A stretch of 64,000 nucleotides of DNA, taken from contig CAVAGP010000003.1 in the NCBI GenBank assembly GCA_963588175.1, positions 34,871 to 98,870 of the forward strand, given 5' to 3'. Of this stretch, positions 10,087-20,853 are shown in pieces (the stretch's first letter is position 1; each line of letters starts with the position of its first letter). The translations under genes were made by a program, and so were the position numbers. The DNA is from Faecalibacillus sp. (GTDB taxonomy: Bacteria > Bacillota_I > Bacilli_A > RFN20 > CAG-826). Below the pieces are notes generated by a model that did no database searches, was not told the DNA's origin, and saw only the letters and a list, made by a program, of their open reading frames with translations.

Positions 10087-10788
10087 TTATTTGCCTCCGT
10101 TTTCCTTTAATTTTTCTCTCTCCAAATACCCGCCATACGATATCTGACAACCGCAATATTGCTGATTATAGAGTTCGTAATGAAGCCTTAATTCGCGTGC
10201 CTTATCTATGCCTGCGTTCTTTTTGAAATCACTATAGAAATACTTGCATTTTGTGTGTTTCGCTTCGAGTTTCTTGCCGATTGAATTCATTATCTGAGAA
10301 TCTTTTTGGCGAGAGATTGTCATGACTGTGGTGAAATAATCAAAGCCGTTCTCTTCAGCGTAATCATAAGCTTCACTCATGCGTTTTTCGTAGCATAATT
10401 GACATCTGATTCCGCCTTCTCTCAAATCTTTGTAGGGAAGTAAATCTTTCATGTATTCCAAGTTGTTGTATGGCTTAACTATGAGGTTAACCTCATAACC
10501 ATAATCTCTTTTGTAGAATCCAAGGAGTTTCTTGAGTTCCTCTAAACGTCTTGCGTATTCTTCTTCCGGATAGATATTTGAGTTGTTGAAGAAAATCGTC
10601 ACATCGAAATGAGGGCACAAGAAAACAAGGGGAAAACAAGAGCAAGGTCCACAGCAAGCGTGAAGCAAAAGCTTCGGTTTAACATCCGTCCTTAAGTTTT
10701 TAAGCTCCTCTAGGCTGATTAGATAATAATTTGTCTTTTTCGGAGGGGTCTTAATCCTGGTCATTTTTCGAATAGTCGTATTTTCCAT
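10087..10788 (-). CDS. queH: Epoxyqueuosine reductase QueH (DUF208)
   Basis: Conserved HACCGPCS motif plus downstream Cys residues. The start overlaps the queA 3' end; the true start may be the Met at 10764. Confidence 0.8.
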   Translation of the reverse strand: MENTTIRKMTRIKTPPKKTNYYLISLEELKNLRTDVKPKLLLHACCGPCSCFPLVFLCPHFDVTIFFNNSNIYPEEEYARRLEELKKLLGFYKRDYGYEVNLIVKPYNNLEYMKDLLPYKDLREGGIRCQLCYEKRMSEAYDYAEENGFDYFTTVMTISRQKDSQIMNSIGKKLEAKHTKCKYFYSDFKKNAGIDKARELRLHYELYNQQYCGCQISYGGYLEREKLKENGGK

Positions 10789-11809
10789 AAATGAACATCG
10801 AATCTCCGAAGCTGAAGAACCTGTATTTCTCTTTTATTGCCTCATTATAGCAATGAAGCGTCCATTTTCTTCCCATGAAGGCTGAAACAAGCATAACCAA
10901 CGTGCTCTTAGGAAGGTGGAAGTTCGTGATTAGACAATCCACCGCTTTATAAACATATCCCGGCTGAATAAAGATGCTTGTAGCATCATTATCCGCTTTG
11001 AAAGAGCCAAATTTCTGATATACAGATTCAAGGGTTCTGACCGAAGTTGTGCCGATAGCGATGATTCTGCGGCCTTCCGCTTTGGCTTTGTTTAGAGTGT
11101 TGGCGGCTTCCTCTGACATCTCATATGTTTCAGAATGCATCACGTGGTCTTTGGTATCCGTGACTTTGACAGGCCTAAAGGTTCCTAAGCCAATATTCAA
11201 AGTAACGTCGACCACTTCGATTCCCATTGTCTTGATTTTCTCGAACAATTCTTTTGTGAAATGGAACCCCGCAGTTGGAGCAGCAGAGCTTCCAGGGACT
11301 TTGGCGTAAACAGTCTGGTAGTCATCGTTATTGGAACATTGCTGTTTGATATACGGTGGCAAAGGCATTTTGCCCAACTTATCGAGTATTTCTAAGAAGA
11401 TGCCATCATATATGAATCTCATATGACGAAGGCCTTCATCCAAGACTTTTACGCACTCGCACTTAAGCTCGCCGTTACCGAAAGAGCAAATGGTGCCAAC
11501 CCTTACGGAATGAGCATTTCCAACAAGGCATTCCCAAACATCGTTTTCGAGCTGTTTGAGAAGCAAAACCTCTACCTTGCCCTTGGTATCTTGTTTGATT
11601 CCGATAAGTCTGGCAGGGATGACTTTTGTGTTGTTTCTGACCAAAACATCGCCAGGTTTAAGATAATCAACAATATCAAAAAAGTGTTTGTGTTCAATCG
11701 TCTTGTGTTCTCTATCCACGACCAAAAGACGGCATTCATCCCTCACCGATGATGGAGATTGCGCAATCAATTCTTCTGGTAAATCAAAATCGAATAATGA
11801 GATGTCCAT
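10751..11809 (-). CDS. queA: S-adenosylmethionine:tRNA ribosyltransferase-isomerase
   Basis: 352 aa, [19 protein letters not shown] start typical of QueA. Confidence 0.9.
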   Translation of the reverse strand: MDISLFDFDLPEELIAQSPSSVRDECRLLVVDREHKTIEHKHFFDIVDYLKPGDVLVRNNTKVIPARLIGIKQDTKGKVEVLLLKQLENDVWECLVGNAHSVRVGTICSFGNGELKCECVKVLDEGLRHMRFIYDGIFLEILDKLGKMPLPPYIKQQCSNNDDYQTVYAKVPGSSAAPTAGFHFTKELFEKIKTMGIEVVDVTLNIGLGTFRPVKVTDTKDHVMHSETYEMSEEAANTLNKAKAEGRRIIAIGTTSVRTLESVYQKFGSFKADNDATSIFIQPGYVYKAVDCLITNFHLPKSTLVMLVSAFMGRKWTLHCYNEAIKEKYRFFSFGDSMFIYGKYDYSKNDQD

Positions 11810-11813
11810 TTAA

Positions 11814-12989
<1,176 letters not shown>

Positions 12990-13034
12990 CTAATTATATA
13001 GGTGAAGAAAAGAAAACGGCGTCAATCAAATGAA

Positions 13035-13063
13035 TTTAAAAAATCCGTCAATGAAAGACGGAT
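13035..13063 (-). terminator. Intrinsic terminator downstream of sdaA (stem ATCCGTC/GACGGAT plus U-run)
   Basis: On the minus strand a 7-bp hairpin is followed by UUUUUU. Confidence 0.5.
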
Positions 13064-13085
13064 ATCAATGGGTTAATATGCAAGA

Positions 13086-14324
13086 TTAGCAATGCGTTCC
13101 TTTGTTCTTTAGAACTTCCGCCAAACCGCCTTGAGCAGTCTCTTTATATTTGCTTGAAAGTGAATCACCAGTAATCTTCATTGCAGAAACAACATTGTCG
13201 AAAGACACCTGGTTTTTGTGCAAAGGCGATATATATTTAGCATAAAGGAACGCGTCATATGCACGCAATGCACCCATACCGTTTCTTTCAATGCAAGGTA
13301 TGACAACGAACCCGTCTACAGGGTCGCAACTGAGTCCGAGGAAATGCTCCATCGCGCATTCGGCAGCATATTCCATTTGATATAAAGAATTCCCGTCAAC
13401 GAAAACTAAAGCTGCCGCTGCCATGGAACTTGCCGTTCCTATCTCGGCCTGACACCCTCCAATCGACCCTGCGATGGATGCGTTTTGCTTGACGACATTG
13501 CCGATCATTCCAGCTACGTAAAGAGCGTCTCTTAATTCTTCGAGGCTTTTGCCACCGTATTTATAACCATAATACAAAACAGATGGCAAAACGCCTGATG
13601 ATCCACAAGTTGGTCCGGTCACGACTTCGCAGCCTGTTGCACTGTTCTCTGCAACCGCATAGGCGTATGAGGTAATAAGCATTTCTCTTTTGGCTTCTTG
13701 ATCGCTGATTTCGAGAGCTCTTTTTTCGATATCCCCGGCACATCTATAATACTGAAGTCTTGGATTGTCATTTGTAGGGATTTTACCAGTTCTTTTTAAA
13801 CCGTCTTCAATGCTCTTGAACATCGTTTTCAAAATAACCATCAAATCCTCATCAATTGAGGGTTTTTCAAATTTAAGACATAATTCCTTAATAGATTTTA
13901 GGCCATTTTTGCTAATATATTCCTTTATTGAGGCGAAATCTTTGAACGGATAAATATCAGGCTCATTAACGCTTAAATCATCTGGAGAGGATATTTCTCC
14001 ACCGCCAAGCGAGTAATAGACGTTTTTAATGGAGTCATTATCGATATTTGAATGGTATTCGAATTCCATTTTTAAAGGATGCTCTGTAGGTTCCAATGGT
14101 TTTAGATGGAAGTTGACGTTAAATCCATTAAGTGCGTTTGATATGGCATCCTGAGTTTTATGACCGCCACCCGTCAAAGCCAATGAACCATAAAGGCTAA
14201 CATCTATATAACCCTTATCGTCATTGAGCAGTCTTTTGAACGCTTTGGCGCAGTTTGATGGCGCAATTGTGTGAGATGATGATGGTCCTGGGCCAACTCT
14301 AAATAGTTTTGTAATGGACTTCAT
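13086..14324 (-). CDS. sdaA: L-serine dehydratase, iron-sulfur dependent, single-chain (beta+alpha fused)
   Basis: GPGPSSSHT beta-chain motif at the N-terminus, alpha-chain SSMAAAALVF...CDPV region at the C-terminus. Start placed at ATG 14324 (MKSITKLFRVGPGPSSSHT). The upstream 60 codons in the track ORF are spurious. Confidence 0.85.
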   Translation of the reverse strand: MKSITKLFRVGPGPSSSHTIAPSNCAKAFKRLLNDDKGYIDVSLYGSLALTGGGHKTQDAISNALNGFNVNFHLKPLEPTEHPLKMEFEYHSNIDNDSIKNVYYSLGGGEISSPDDLSVNEPDIYPFKDFASIKEYISKNGLKSIKELCLKFEKPSIDEDLMVILKTMFKSIEDGLKRTGKIPTNDNPRLQYYRCAGDIEKRALEISDQEAKREMLITSYAYAVAENSATGCEVVTGPTCGSSGVLPSVLYYGYKYGGKSLEELRDALYVAGMIGNVVKQNASIAGSIGGCQAEIGTASSMAAAALVFVDGNSLYQMEYAAECAMEHFLGLSCDPVDGFVVIPCIERNGMGALRAYDAFLYAKYISPLHKNQVSFDNVVSAMKITGDSLSSKYKETAQGGLAEVLKNKGTHC

Positions 14325-14416
14325 AAGAATACCTGGATTTCTTCCTACACAATAATATAAGCAAAATAAAATTTTGCCTATATTTTTACAAATAATGTCA
14401 TTATTATTTTTAATGT

Positions 14417-14908
14417 ATGAAAACGATGATCGTCTTATCCGCTTTACCAGGCAGCGGGAAAAGCACATGGAGTAGAAAATTTGTTGCAGAACATAAGAAT
14501 ACACATGTTGTAAGTTCTGACGACATCAGAAAAGAATTCTTTGGAAAAATCAACTGCTTTGATAACGAAGCATTGGTTTGGAAGACATTTCTCGACAGAC
14601 TCAATTACCCATACGATGATTCCGATGATGATGTCTATGTAATTGCAGATGCCACAAATCTCCAGAATAAATATCGTGAATACTACAACGTAAACACGCC
14701 GGGGTTTGATAAACACATTCTTGTCTTATTCGACATCCCATATGAAATATGCCTCGTCCAGAACAAGATGCGCGATTCGGAAAAAATAGTGCCTGAAACC
14801 GCGATGGAGAAATTAAGAAAAGAGATGGAAGAGCCATCTGATGAAATAATTAAGTTATACGATGAAGTAGTTCATGTGACAGAATACAACAAAACATTGA
14901 TGAAATAA
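14417..14908 (+). CDS. P-loop NTPase of the AAA_33 / polynucleotide-kinase-like family (paralog 1)
   Basis: Walker A ALPGSGKST at the N-terminus, 163 aa. Same length and architecture as the ORF at 17232. Confidence 0.6.
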   Translation: MKTMIVLSALPGSGKSTWSRKFVAEHKNTHVVSSDDIRKEFFGKINCFDNEALVWKTFLDRLNYPYDDSDDDVYVIADATNLQNKYREYYNVNTPGFDKHILVLFDIPYEICLVQNKMRDSEKIVPETAMEKLRKEMEEPSDEIIKLYDEVVHVTEYNKTLMK

Positions 14909-14961
14909 AAAAGCATCCCAATGCATGTTTGGAACGCTTTTAATTTTTAATTGAATACGGT

Positions 14962-15912
14962 TTATTTAGCTTTCTTCTTATTTGGCAATGCGATAACCGC
15001 AAGAGCAAGACACAAGAGAGCAACGCCGAAGACGATAAGCATAACGTTGTATGATACCGCCCATTTTGCATCGCTGAGGACGCCAACGTACTTATTGCAA
15101 ACGATGAAGCCGCTTGTCATGTTGCTGCTCGACCATGTGAAATTCATGATAGCAAGGGTGATTAAATCGGCAGCGGCAACAAGTGAAGCTCCTGAAACAG
15201 CGAAGGATGCGGCCTTTGCAACACCTTTTTTAGATGTAAGTTTGGAAACGATTGATGCAACTAAGATTGCAGCGCCGAGAATAGCGATTGCAACAAGCTG
15301 GAATTGAACTCTTCCAACATAAACGGTTTGGACAGTTGATGGGAGGAGGAATAATAAGCTTAAGAGAGGGAGGACAACCATCGGGACACCAGATGTCAAT
15401 CCAGCCAAGCTTAAACTTGAGATAAGAGGCGTGGAATCTTTGCCATCGAATAATTTAACTGTAGGGATATTAACAGCAATCAAGAGGGCAAGCGCAAAAA
15501 TGACACACATGACGATGACGAACCAAACCGATGATTCTCCAGCGATTATGCCATAGAACAAACCACCGTTGATGATGAAGAAGATGGCGGCAAGCCAACC
15601 TTCGGCAATGAAACATGCAAACGAATTAACAACGTCTGCATCAGAATTGTTCTTAAGAGCTTTAAGGGCATCGATAACACCTTTAACGGCAACTCCCGCA
15701 ATTGCGATACCAATAACCGCTAATTCAAAGTAAATGACATAGGAACTGGAGATGAGTTTTAACTCGTCTGAGAATTCGATGTATGTCGTATTAGCTGTAA
15801 AGTATCCAGGGACGACGAATACTCCAAAATAGATTCCTAGCGCACCAAAGGCGAGGAAGAGTAAAGTGTGAAAAACCAAGCTTAGGATTTTCGAAGTGTC
15901 TGTATATTTCAT
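14962..15912 (-). CDS. Polytopic integral membrane protein, function unknown
   Basis: Highly hydrophobic, at least 8 predicted TM segments. Start placed at ATG 15912, which has a GAGG Shine-Dalgarno; the track ORF begins at an upstream GTG. Confidence 0.5.
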   Translation of the reverse strand: MKYTDTSKILSLVFHTLLFLAFGALGIYFGVFVVPGYFTANTTYIEFSDELKLISSSYVIYFELAVIGIAIAGVAVKGVIDALKALKNNSDADVVNSFACFIAEGWLAAIFFIINGGLFYGIIAGESSVWFVIVMCVIFALALLIAVNIPTVKLFDGKDSTPLISSLSLAGLTSGVPMVVLPLLSLLFLLPSTVQTVYVGRVQFQLVAIAILGAAILVASIVSKLTSKKGVAKAASFAVSGASLVAAADLITLAIMNFTWSSSNMTSGFIVCNKYVGVLSDAKWAVSYNVMLIVFGVALLCLALAVIALPNKKKAK

Positions 15913-16013
15913 ATCCAACCTCACAAAACGACCGAACCAAAAGTGATTGCGACGCTCAATAATTAAATGCTATTCGATTTTAATAGTCAAATTATAAATT
16001 TGGAAATTTTTGC

Positions 16014-17153
16014 CTACTCTGATGCAACTAAGGCGCTTAAAAGAGCCCATGAAAGGTTAAAACCCCCGCAAATCCCATCTATATTAACCGATTCGCCAAT
16101 AAAATAGACACCTTTTTCTCTTTTTGACATAAGTTTTGAATCGAGTTCTTTTGTGCTTATTCCACCGACGGTTACCTGTGAGGATGAAAAGTCATATACA
16201 TCTTTTATTGTAAAAATAACGTTCTTCAATGCGTGTGCCCAATACTCAGGAGATTGTTTCCCTCCCTTAGGCAACAGGTAATTGATAAGTTCAGGAGAGA
16301 TGAATCCAAGCATGTATTCTTTGCTGATTTTTGCAGACGTTTTTATCATCTCGAGCAATTCACTCTCGCTATATTCAGGGAATAAATCAACATTGAGTTT
16401 TGCGTCATTAACGTTTGTGTATGATCTAGCGTAAATGGACTCAATATTAAAAATAACAATTCCGGAAATGCCATCATCTTTAAACAGCACTTCCCCTTCT
16501 TCGCTATAAACGCCCTTGCCATTGATCACTAACGAAACGGAAGCCTTGTGGCGTTGGCCTGAAATCGATTTGACTTTTTCTTTGAGAATGAATGGGCAAA
16601 GTCCTGGCACTAAAGGAGCGATATCATAACCATGGTCAGCAATCTCGTTGAATATCTCGCCGTCGCTGCCAAGTTTTGGAGTGGACGCGCCGCCCGTTGA
16701 GAAAACAACTATATCAAACGGTCCTTTATCGTTAAGGTAATAACCATTGTTTTTCTTTGAGTAAGACTCGATTCTAGTTCCGGTCAATATCTTTATCTTT
16801 TTGTCTTCCAAGAGTCTTAAAAGCTGATTCAAAAAGTTTTTGGCACTATAAGAAAGAGGATATACAAGTTCGCCTTTCTTCGTTAATGGTATTCCCCATT
16901 TTGAAAATACCGATTCCAAATAGGCATATGGATATTTATTGAGTACAGACGACATATAAGGAGCATCGTTAAAATCCCCTGGGCAAATTGATGAATTTAA
17001 AAGATTACAATGGCCATTGCCTGTTGCGAGAATCTTTCTGCCGGGTTTTGTTTCCTTTTCGAAAATGGTGATGGTGTCTTCAGGATGTCTATCTTTTCTA
17101 AGAAGAGAGTAATAGATTCCAGATGCGCCTGCACCAACCACCGCAATATTCAT
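16014..17153 (-). CDS. HI0933-like (YhiN/BaiN family) FAD-dependent flavoprotein
   Basis: VVGAGASG dinucleotide-binding motif and TGNGHCNL, a variant of the family TGNGRCN motif; 379 aa. Confidence 0.8.
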   Translation of the reverse strand: MNIAVVGAGASGIYYSLLRKDRHPEDTITIFEKETKPGRKILATGNGHCNLLNSSICPGDFNDAPYMSSVLNKYPYAYLESVFSKWGIPLTKKGELVYPLSYSAKNFLNQLLRLLEDKKIKILTGTRIESYSKKNNGYYLNDKGPFDIVVFSTGGASTPKLGSDGEIFNEIADHGYDIAPLVPGLCPFILKEKVKSISGQRHKASVSLVINGKGVYSEEGEVLFKDDGISGIVIFNIESIYARSYTNVNDAKLNVDLFPEYSESELLEMIKTSAKISKEYMLGFISPELINYLLPKGGKQSPEYWAHALKNVIFTIKDVYDFSSSQVTVGGISTKELDSKLMSKREKGVYFIGESVNIDGICGGFNLSWALLSALVASE

Positions 17154-17231
17154 GTCTATATTGTACCAATTTACGGAGCAAATGCATTTTTCCTTTTAAT
17201 AATATTAGGAAGATGGGCATAATTAGCCGGC

Positions 17232-17723
17232 ATGAAAAAGTTAATCCTAGTATGTGGCCCTGCCGCAATCGGCAAGAGTTCATTCTGCAAAAAATATCAA
17301 GCCACTCATCCTGAAGAAGATGTGAAAATCATCGCAGCAGATGAGGTGAGAAAAGAAATGTGCGGTTCATATAAAGCCTTCCCGCCAGGAAAGAATATGA
17401 AACCAGTTTATAGGAAAATGATTGAGATCATCAAAGATTTGAGCAGCAAAACTGATAACCTAACCATAATGTTAGATACAACGCTATTGTATGACGGATT
17501 AAGGCTGTATTTCATCGAGCAACTACCGATGTTCGAATATAGATGCCTTTATCTTCTCAAACTTCACGATTACAAAATTTGTTTGGTTAGGAATAAGCAA
17601 AGAATCGAAGAGAAATGGGTTCCTGACGATGTAATTCTATCCATGGCGAAGAACTATCGTGACCCTGCGCCAGAAGTTGCTGCAAAATTCAACGAATGCA
17701 AAGAATTCTATGTAGATGAATGA
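17232..17723 (+). CDS. P-loop NTPase of the AAA_33 / polynucleotide-kinase-like family (paralog 2)
   Basis: Walker A GPAAIGKSS, 163 aa. Collinear with the ORF at 14417. Confidence 0.6.
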   Translation: MKKLILVCGPAAIGKSSFCKKYQATHPEEDVKIIAADEVRKEMCGSYKAFPPGKNMKPVYRKMIEIIKDLSSKTDNLTIMLDTTLLYDGLRLYFIEQLPMFEYRCLYLLKLHDYKICLVRNKQRIEEKWVPDDVILSMAKNYRDPAPEVAAKFNECKEFYVDE

Positions 17724-17763
17724 AAAATGCGCAGGATTTGCGCATTTTTTATCGTTTTGTAGA

Positions 17764-18660
17764 TTATTTCGTAGAGCCCGATTCTTCTCTCTTGTTAATC
17801 TCTTCGTTAACCATTCTCCAAGCTTTTTCTTTACTCATCTTGTGATATCCAGGGCCCAATGTTTTGTCGAGCTCTTCATGGAATATCTTTTTGAAAGATG
17901 AGGCGGTAACAAGTTTCGGTTCTTCTTTCTTCTCAACAGGAGCAGGAACTACTGGCTCCTCTTGTACAACAATTTCGTGAACCTCTTCTTTCTTAGGCGC
18001 TTTGAAGATGACGAACTTTCTAGTTAAGTAATTGTAGATCATCGTCACGATTGTCTTGACGCAGAATACCGCGACGAAACACCAGAAGGCTATTCCGCCT
18101 TCGTTGAATAGCTCAGACCAAGAAACCCTCGTGATGTCATATGTGATGCCAACATTCCAAACAGAGTTGCAGAGGAATACTCCGCCTTCCTGAACTCCGA
18201 CTCCAATGCATAAGCCAATGAATCCGAGGAAGAAGTATGTCCAGAACGCTTTCGCGGATTTGGTGTTGACCTTCTTGTCGACATTTTGGAAAACCCAAAG
18301 GCGGGAAAGAATGAAATTAACACACGTTGAAATGATGAACCCAACCGTAATTGCAATTGCAAAGGCGACATAGAATCCCCAGTTTCCAATCTGAGATAAA
18401 TTGTTTTCGAAAACCTTGAGCATGCCAAACTGGCAGCCAAAATCAACAAGTGTGCACACTACACCAGTGACACAGAAACGAAGAATTTCCCTAAATAAAG
18501 ATTTCTTCTTTTTAGTTTTCTTTTCGTCTAAAGCTTTCTCTGCGGCATCAGCCTCAACTATTGTCGCGTTTCTCTTTTCTTCAACGCTGAGAGAAACGTC
18601 TTCAGAGGTCTCCATTTTCTTTGTTTCAACCTCAACAGCGGTTTCTTTATTCTTTTTCAT
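17764..18660 (-). CDS. GtrA-like membrane protein with a charged C-terminal extension
   Basis: Contains REILRFCVTGVVCTLVDF...FILSRLWVF, the GtrA-family pattern, and four hydrophobic helices. Confidence 0.6.
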   Translation of the reverse strand: MKKNKETAVEVETKKMETSEDVSLSVEEKRNATIVEADAAEKALDEKKTKKKKSLFREILRFCVTGVVCTLVDFGCQFGMLKVFENNLSQIGNWGFYVAFAIAITVGFIISTCVNFILSRLWVFQNVDKKVNTKSAKAFWTYFFLGFIGLCIGVGVQEGGVFLCNSVWNVGITYDITRVSWSELFNEGGIAFWCFVAVFCVKTIVTMIYNYLTRKFVIFKAPKKEEVHEIVVQEEPVVPAPVEKKEEPKLVTASSFKKIFHEELDKTLGPGYHKMSKEKAWRMVNEEINKREESGSTK

Positions 18661-18683
18661 AAATGTATTCTACCAAATTGTTA

Positions 18684-20816
18684 TTAGAGTTGGTCAATTT
18701 CTTTTAAGAAATCTTGGCTGCTAGCATCGCTTGGCATCCTCCAATCGCCTCTAGGAGAGATTGATACGGTTCCAACTTTTACTCCATCCGGGAGGCAGCT
18801 TCTCTTGAATTGGTTCTGGAAGAATCTTCTATAGAATTCTCTCAACCACTTCTTGATTGTTGCGTCATCATACGTATCTCCATGAGCCTGTTTTGCAATA
18901 TAGAACAATTTCTTTGGGCCATAACCATTTCTTAAGAAATGGAAGATAAAGAAATCATGAAGCTCATACGGTCCGATCTTGTCTTCGGTCTTCTGGGCTA
19001 TCTGACCATCTTTTCCAGTTGGAAGCAACTCAGGGCTGATTGGGGTATCAATGATATCAAGCAACGGCCTTTTGGCTTCCTCATGCATCAAAGCATAGCC
19101 ATGGCAAAGATATCTTACTAGAGTCTTTGGGATTGAGGCATTGACGCCATAATTTGACATATGGTCACCATTATACGTGCACCAGCCAAGACAAAGCTCA
19201 CTTAAATCCCCTGTGCCAATCATCAATGCGTTGAGGTCGTTTGCCATATCCATCAATACCTGGGTTCTTTCTCTTGCTTGAGCATTTTCATATGTGACAT
19301 TATGGTTTTCTTCATCATGCCCGATGTCTTTAAGGTGTTGGAGAACCGATGCTTTGATGTTGACTTCTTGGAATGTAACCCCTAAGCAATTCGCTAAATC
19401 CAAAGCGTTATCATGGGTTCTTGATGAAGTTCCAAAAGCTGGAAGGGTTACCGCGTAAATGCCTTTAAGGTCATAATGCAATTTCTTGAATGCCTCAACC
19501 GTGACAAGCAAAGCAAGCGTGGAATCAAGTCCGCCAGACAATCCAATTATCGCCCTGTTCTGCCTAACTGTTTTTAAACGCTTAACAAGCCCTTGAGCTT
19601 GGATATCCAATACGGCTTGAACTCTATTGAAATCTATCTCTTTCTCATTAGGAATGAATGGATTCTTGTCATAACGGTGATAAAGTTTATCTTTGAGTTT
19701 GATAACCTTATCAAAATAAATTGTCTGATATCCTCTTTCGATAGGGTTAGAGAATGTTGTCATCTTTCTTCTTTCAGATAATAAACGTTCTACATCGGTA
19801 TCCGCGATAGCTTTTTCCATCTCAAAAACCTTTGTTTCTGCAAGGATATTTCCGTTTTCTGCAATGATATTATGCGATGAATAAACTAAGTCGGTGGTCG
19901 ATTCCCCATCACCTGCATTCGCATAAGCGTAGCAGCAGCATAATCTTACAGAAGTGGTTGCAATCAAGTTTCTTCTGAATTCTTTCTTGCCCACCACTTC
20001 ATTAGATCCCGAAAGATTTAGGATGATGTCACATCCCGCCAAAACCAAGCCTGTAGATGGGGTCTGAGGAACCCACAAATCTTCACAGATCTCGATACCG
20101 ATCTTAATCTTCACATACGACTCATCCTGGAACATGAGTTTTGAGCCGAATGGATACTGATGGCCTCTGATGGTGATGGTTGAATTTTCTTCAGGAGCCG
20201 GGGCGAAATGGCGTGCCTCATAATACTCGGAATAATTAGGGATATTGGTTTTAGGAACAACACCCAATATCTTCCCTTTTTGCATTACGATAGCACAGTT
20301 ATAAATGCTGTTGCCCAAGCGAAGTGGAGCGCCAAACGTAAAGAAAAGATCGCTATCTTTCGTGGCCTCTCTAATATCGTCAATTGCCTTATCGGAATTA
20401 TCTAAAAGGACCGTTGTTAAAAACAAATCCCCACAGGTATAGCCCGTTAAACACAATTCAGGCAAAACCAGGATATCTACATTAATCTCATCCGCTTCTT
20501 TAACGGCTTGGATGATTCTTTTCTTATTCTCTTCAATACCACAAACGCTAACTTCAATTGATTGCGTGCATATGCGTACGAAACCTAAAGGCGTTGATTG
20601 CTCTTTAAATTCCATTGAGGATTGTCTTAGAGTTTCTGGCTCTTTGATATAATCCGTGCCGGTTGGCATTATCTTGTCGTATGTTTCCGGGGAAAGAACA
20701 ACAAGATCTAGGTAACCGTTTTTCGTAATGAACAACGTGCCATTATTTTCATTGAGGTCACTCTCTAATTTGTTTGTGTCTCTTAAGGACGAAATTGGTT
20801 GTATTTTGTTTTTCAT
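18684..20816 (-). CDS. nadE: Glutamine-dependent NAD+ synthetase (nitrilase + NAD-synthetase domains) with an in-frame N-terminal ~67-aa Phd/YefM-like domain
   Basis: The nitrilase domain has GFVRICTQSIEVS...LPELCLTGY and the synthetase domain has GLSGGLDSTLALL. Residues 1-67 (ISSLRDTNKLESDLNENNGTLFITKNGYLDLVVLSPETYDKI) resemble Phd/YefM antitoxins. There is no stop codon and no Shine-Dalgarno between the two domains. Confidence 0.8.
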   Translation of the reverse strand: MKNKIQPISSLRDTNKLESDLNENNGTLFITKNGYLDLVVLSPETYDKIMPTGTDYIKEPETLRQSSMEFKEQSTPLGFVRICTQSIEVSVCGIEENKKRIIQAVKEADEINVDILVLPELCLTGYTCGDLFLTTVLLDNSDKAIDDIREATKDSDLFFTFGAPLRLGNSIYNCAIVMQKGKILGVVPKTNIPNYSEYYEARHFAPAPEENSTITIRGHQYPFGSKLMFQDESYVKIKIGIEICEDLWVPQTPSTGLVLAGCDIILNLSGSNEVVGKKEFRRNLIATTSVRLCCCYAYANAGDGESTTDLVYSSHNIIAENGNILAETKVFEMEKAIADTDVERLLSERRKMTTFSNPIERGYQTIYFDKVIKLKDKLYHRYDKNPFIPNEKEIDFNRVQAVLDIQAQGLVKRLKTVRQNRAIIGLSGGLDSTLALLVTVEAFKKLHYDLKGIYAVTLPAFGTSSRTHDNALDLANCLGVTFQEVNIKASVLQHLKDIGHDEENHNVTYENAQARERTQVLMDMANDLNALMIGTGDLSELCLGWCTYNGDHMSNYGVNASIPKTLVRYLCHGYALMHEEAKRPLLDIIDTPISPELLPTGKDGQIAQKTEDKIGPYELHDFFIFHFLRNGYGPKKLFYIAKQAHGDTYDDATIKKWLREFYRRFFQNQFKRSCLPDGVKVGTVSISPRGDWRMPSDASSQDFLKEIDQL

Positions 20817-20853
20817 GCCAAAATATTAGCATAATTTTGACATTTGTTAATAA

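Noticed and set aside
10751-10788. 38-nt overlap of queH with the queA 3' end as a possible frameshift or fusion
   Set aside because: It is more simply explained by queH initiating at the second Met (10764, MTRIK...), giving a 14-nt overlap typical of translational coupling.
18684-20816. Treating the Phd/YefM-like N-terminus and nadE as two separate genes
   Set aside because: There is no in-frame stop and no Shine-Dalgarno before the internal Met at 20615, so the sequence reads as one ORF. A sequencing or assembly error that removed a stop codon cannot be excluded; it is listed as a check under the finding.
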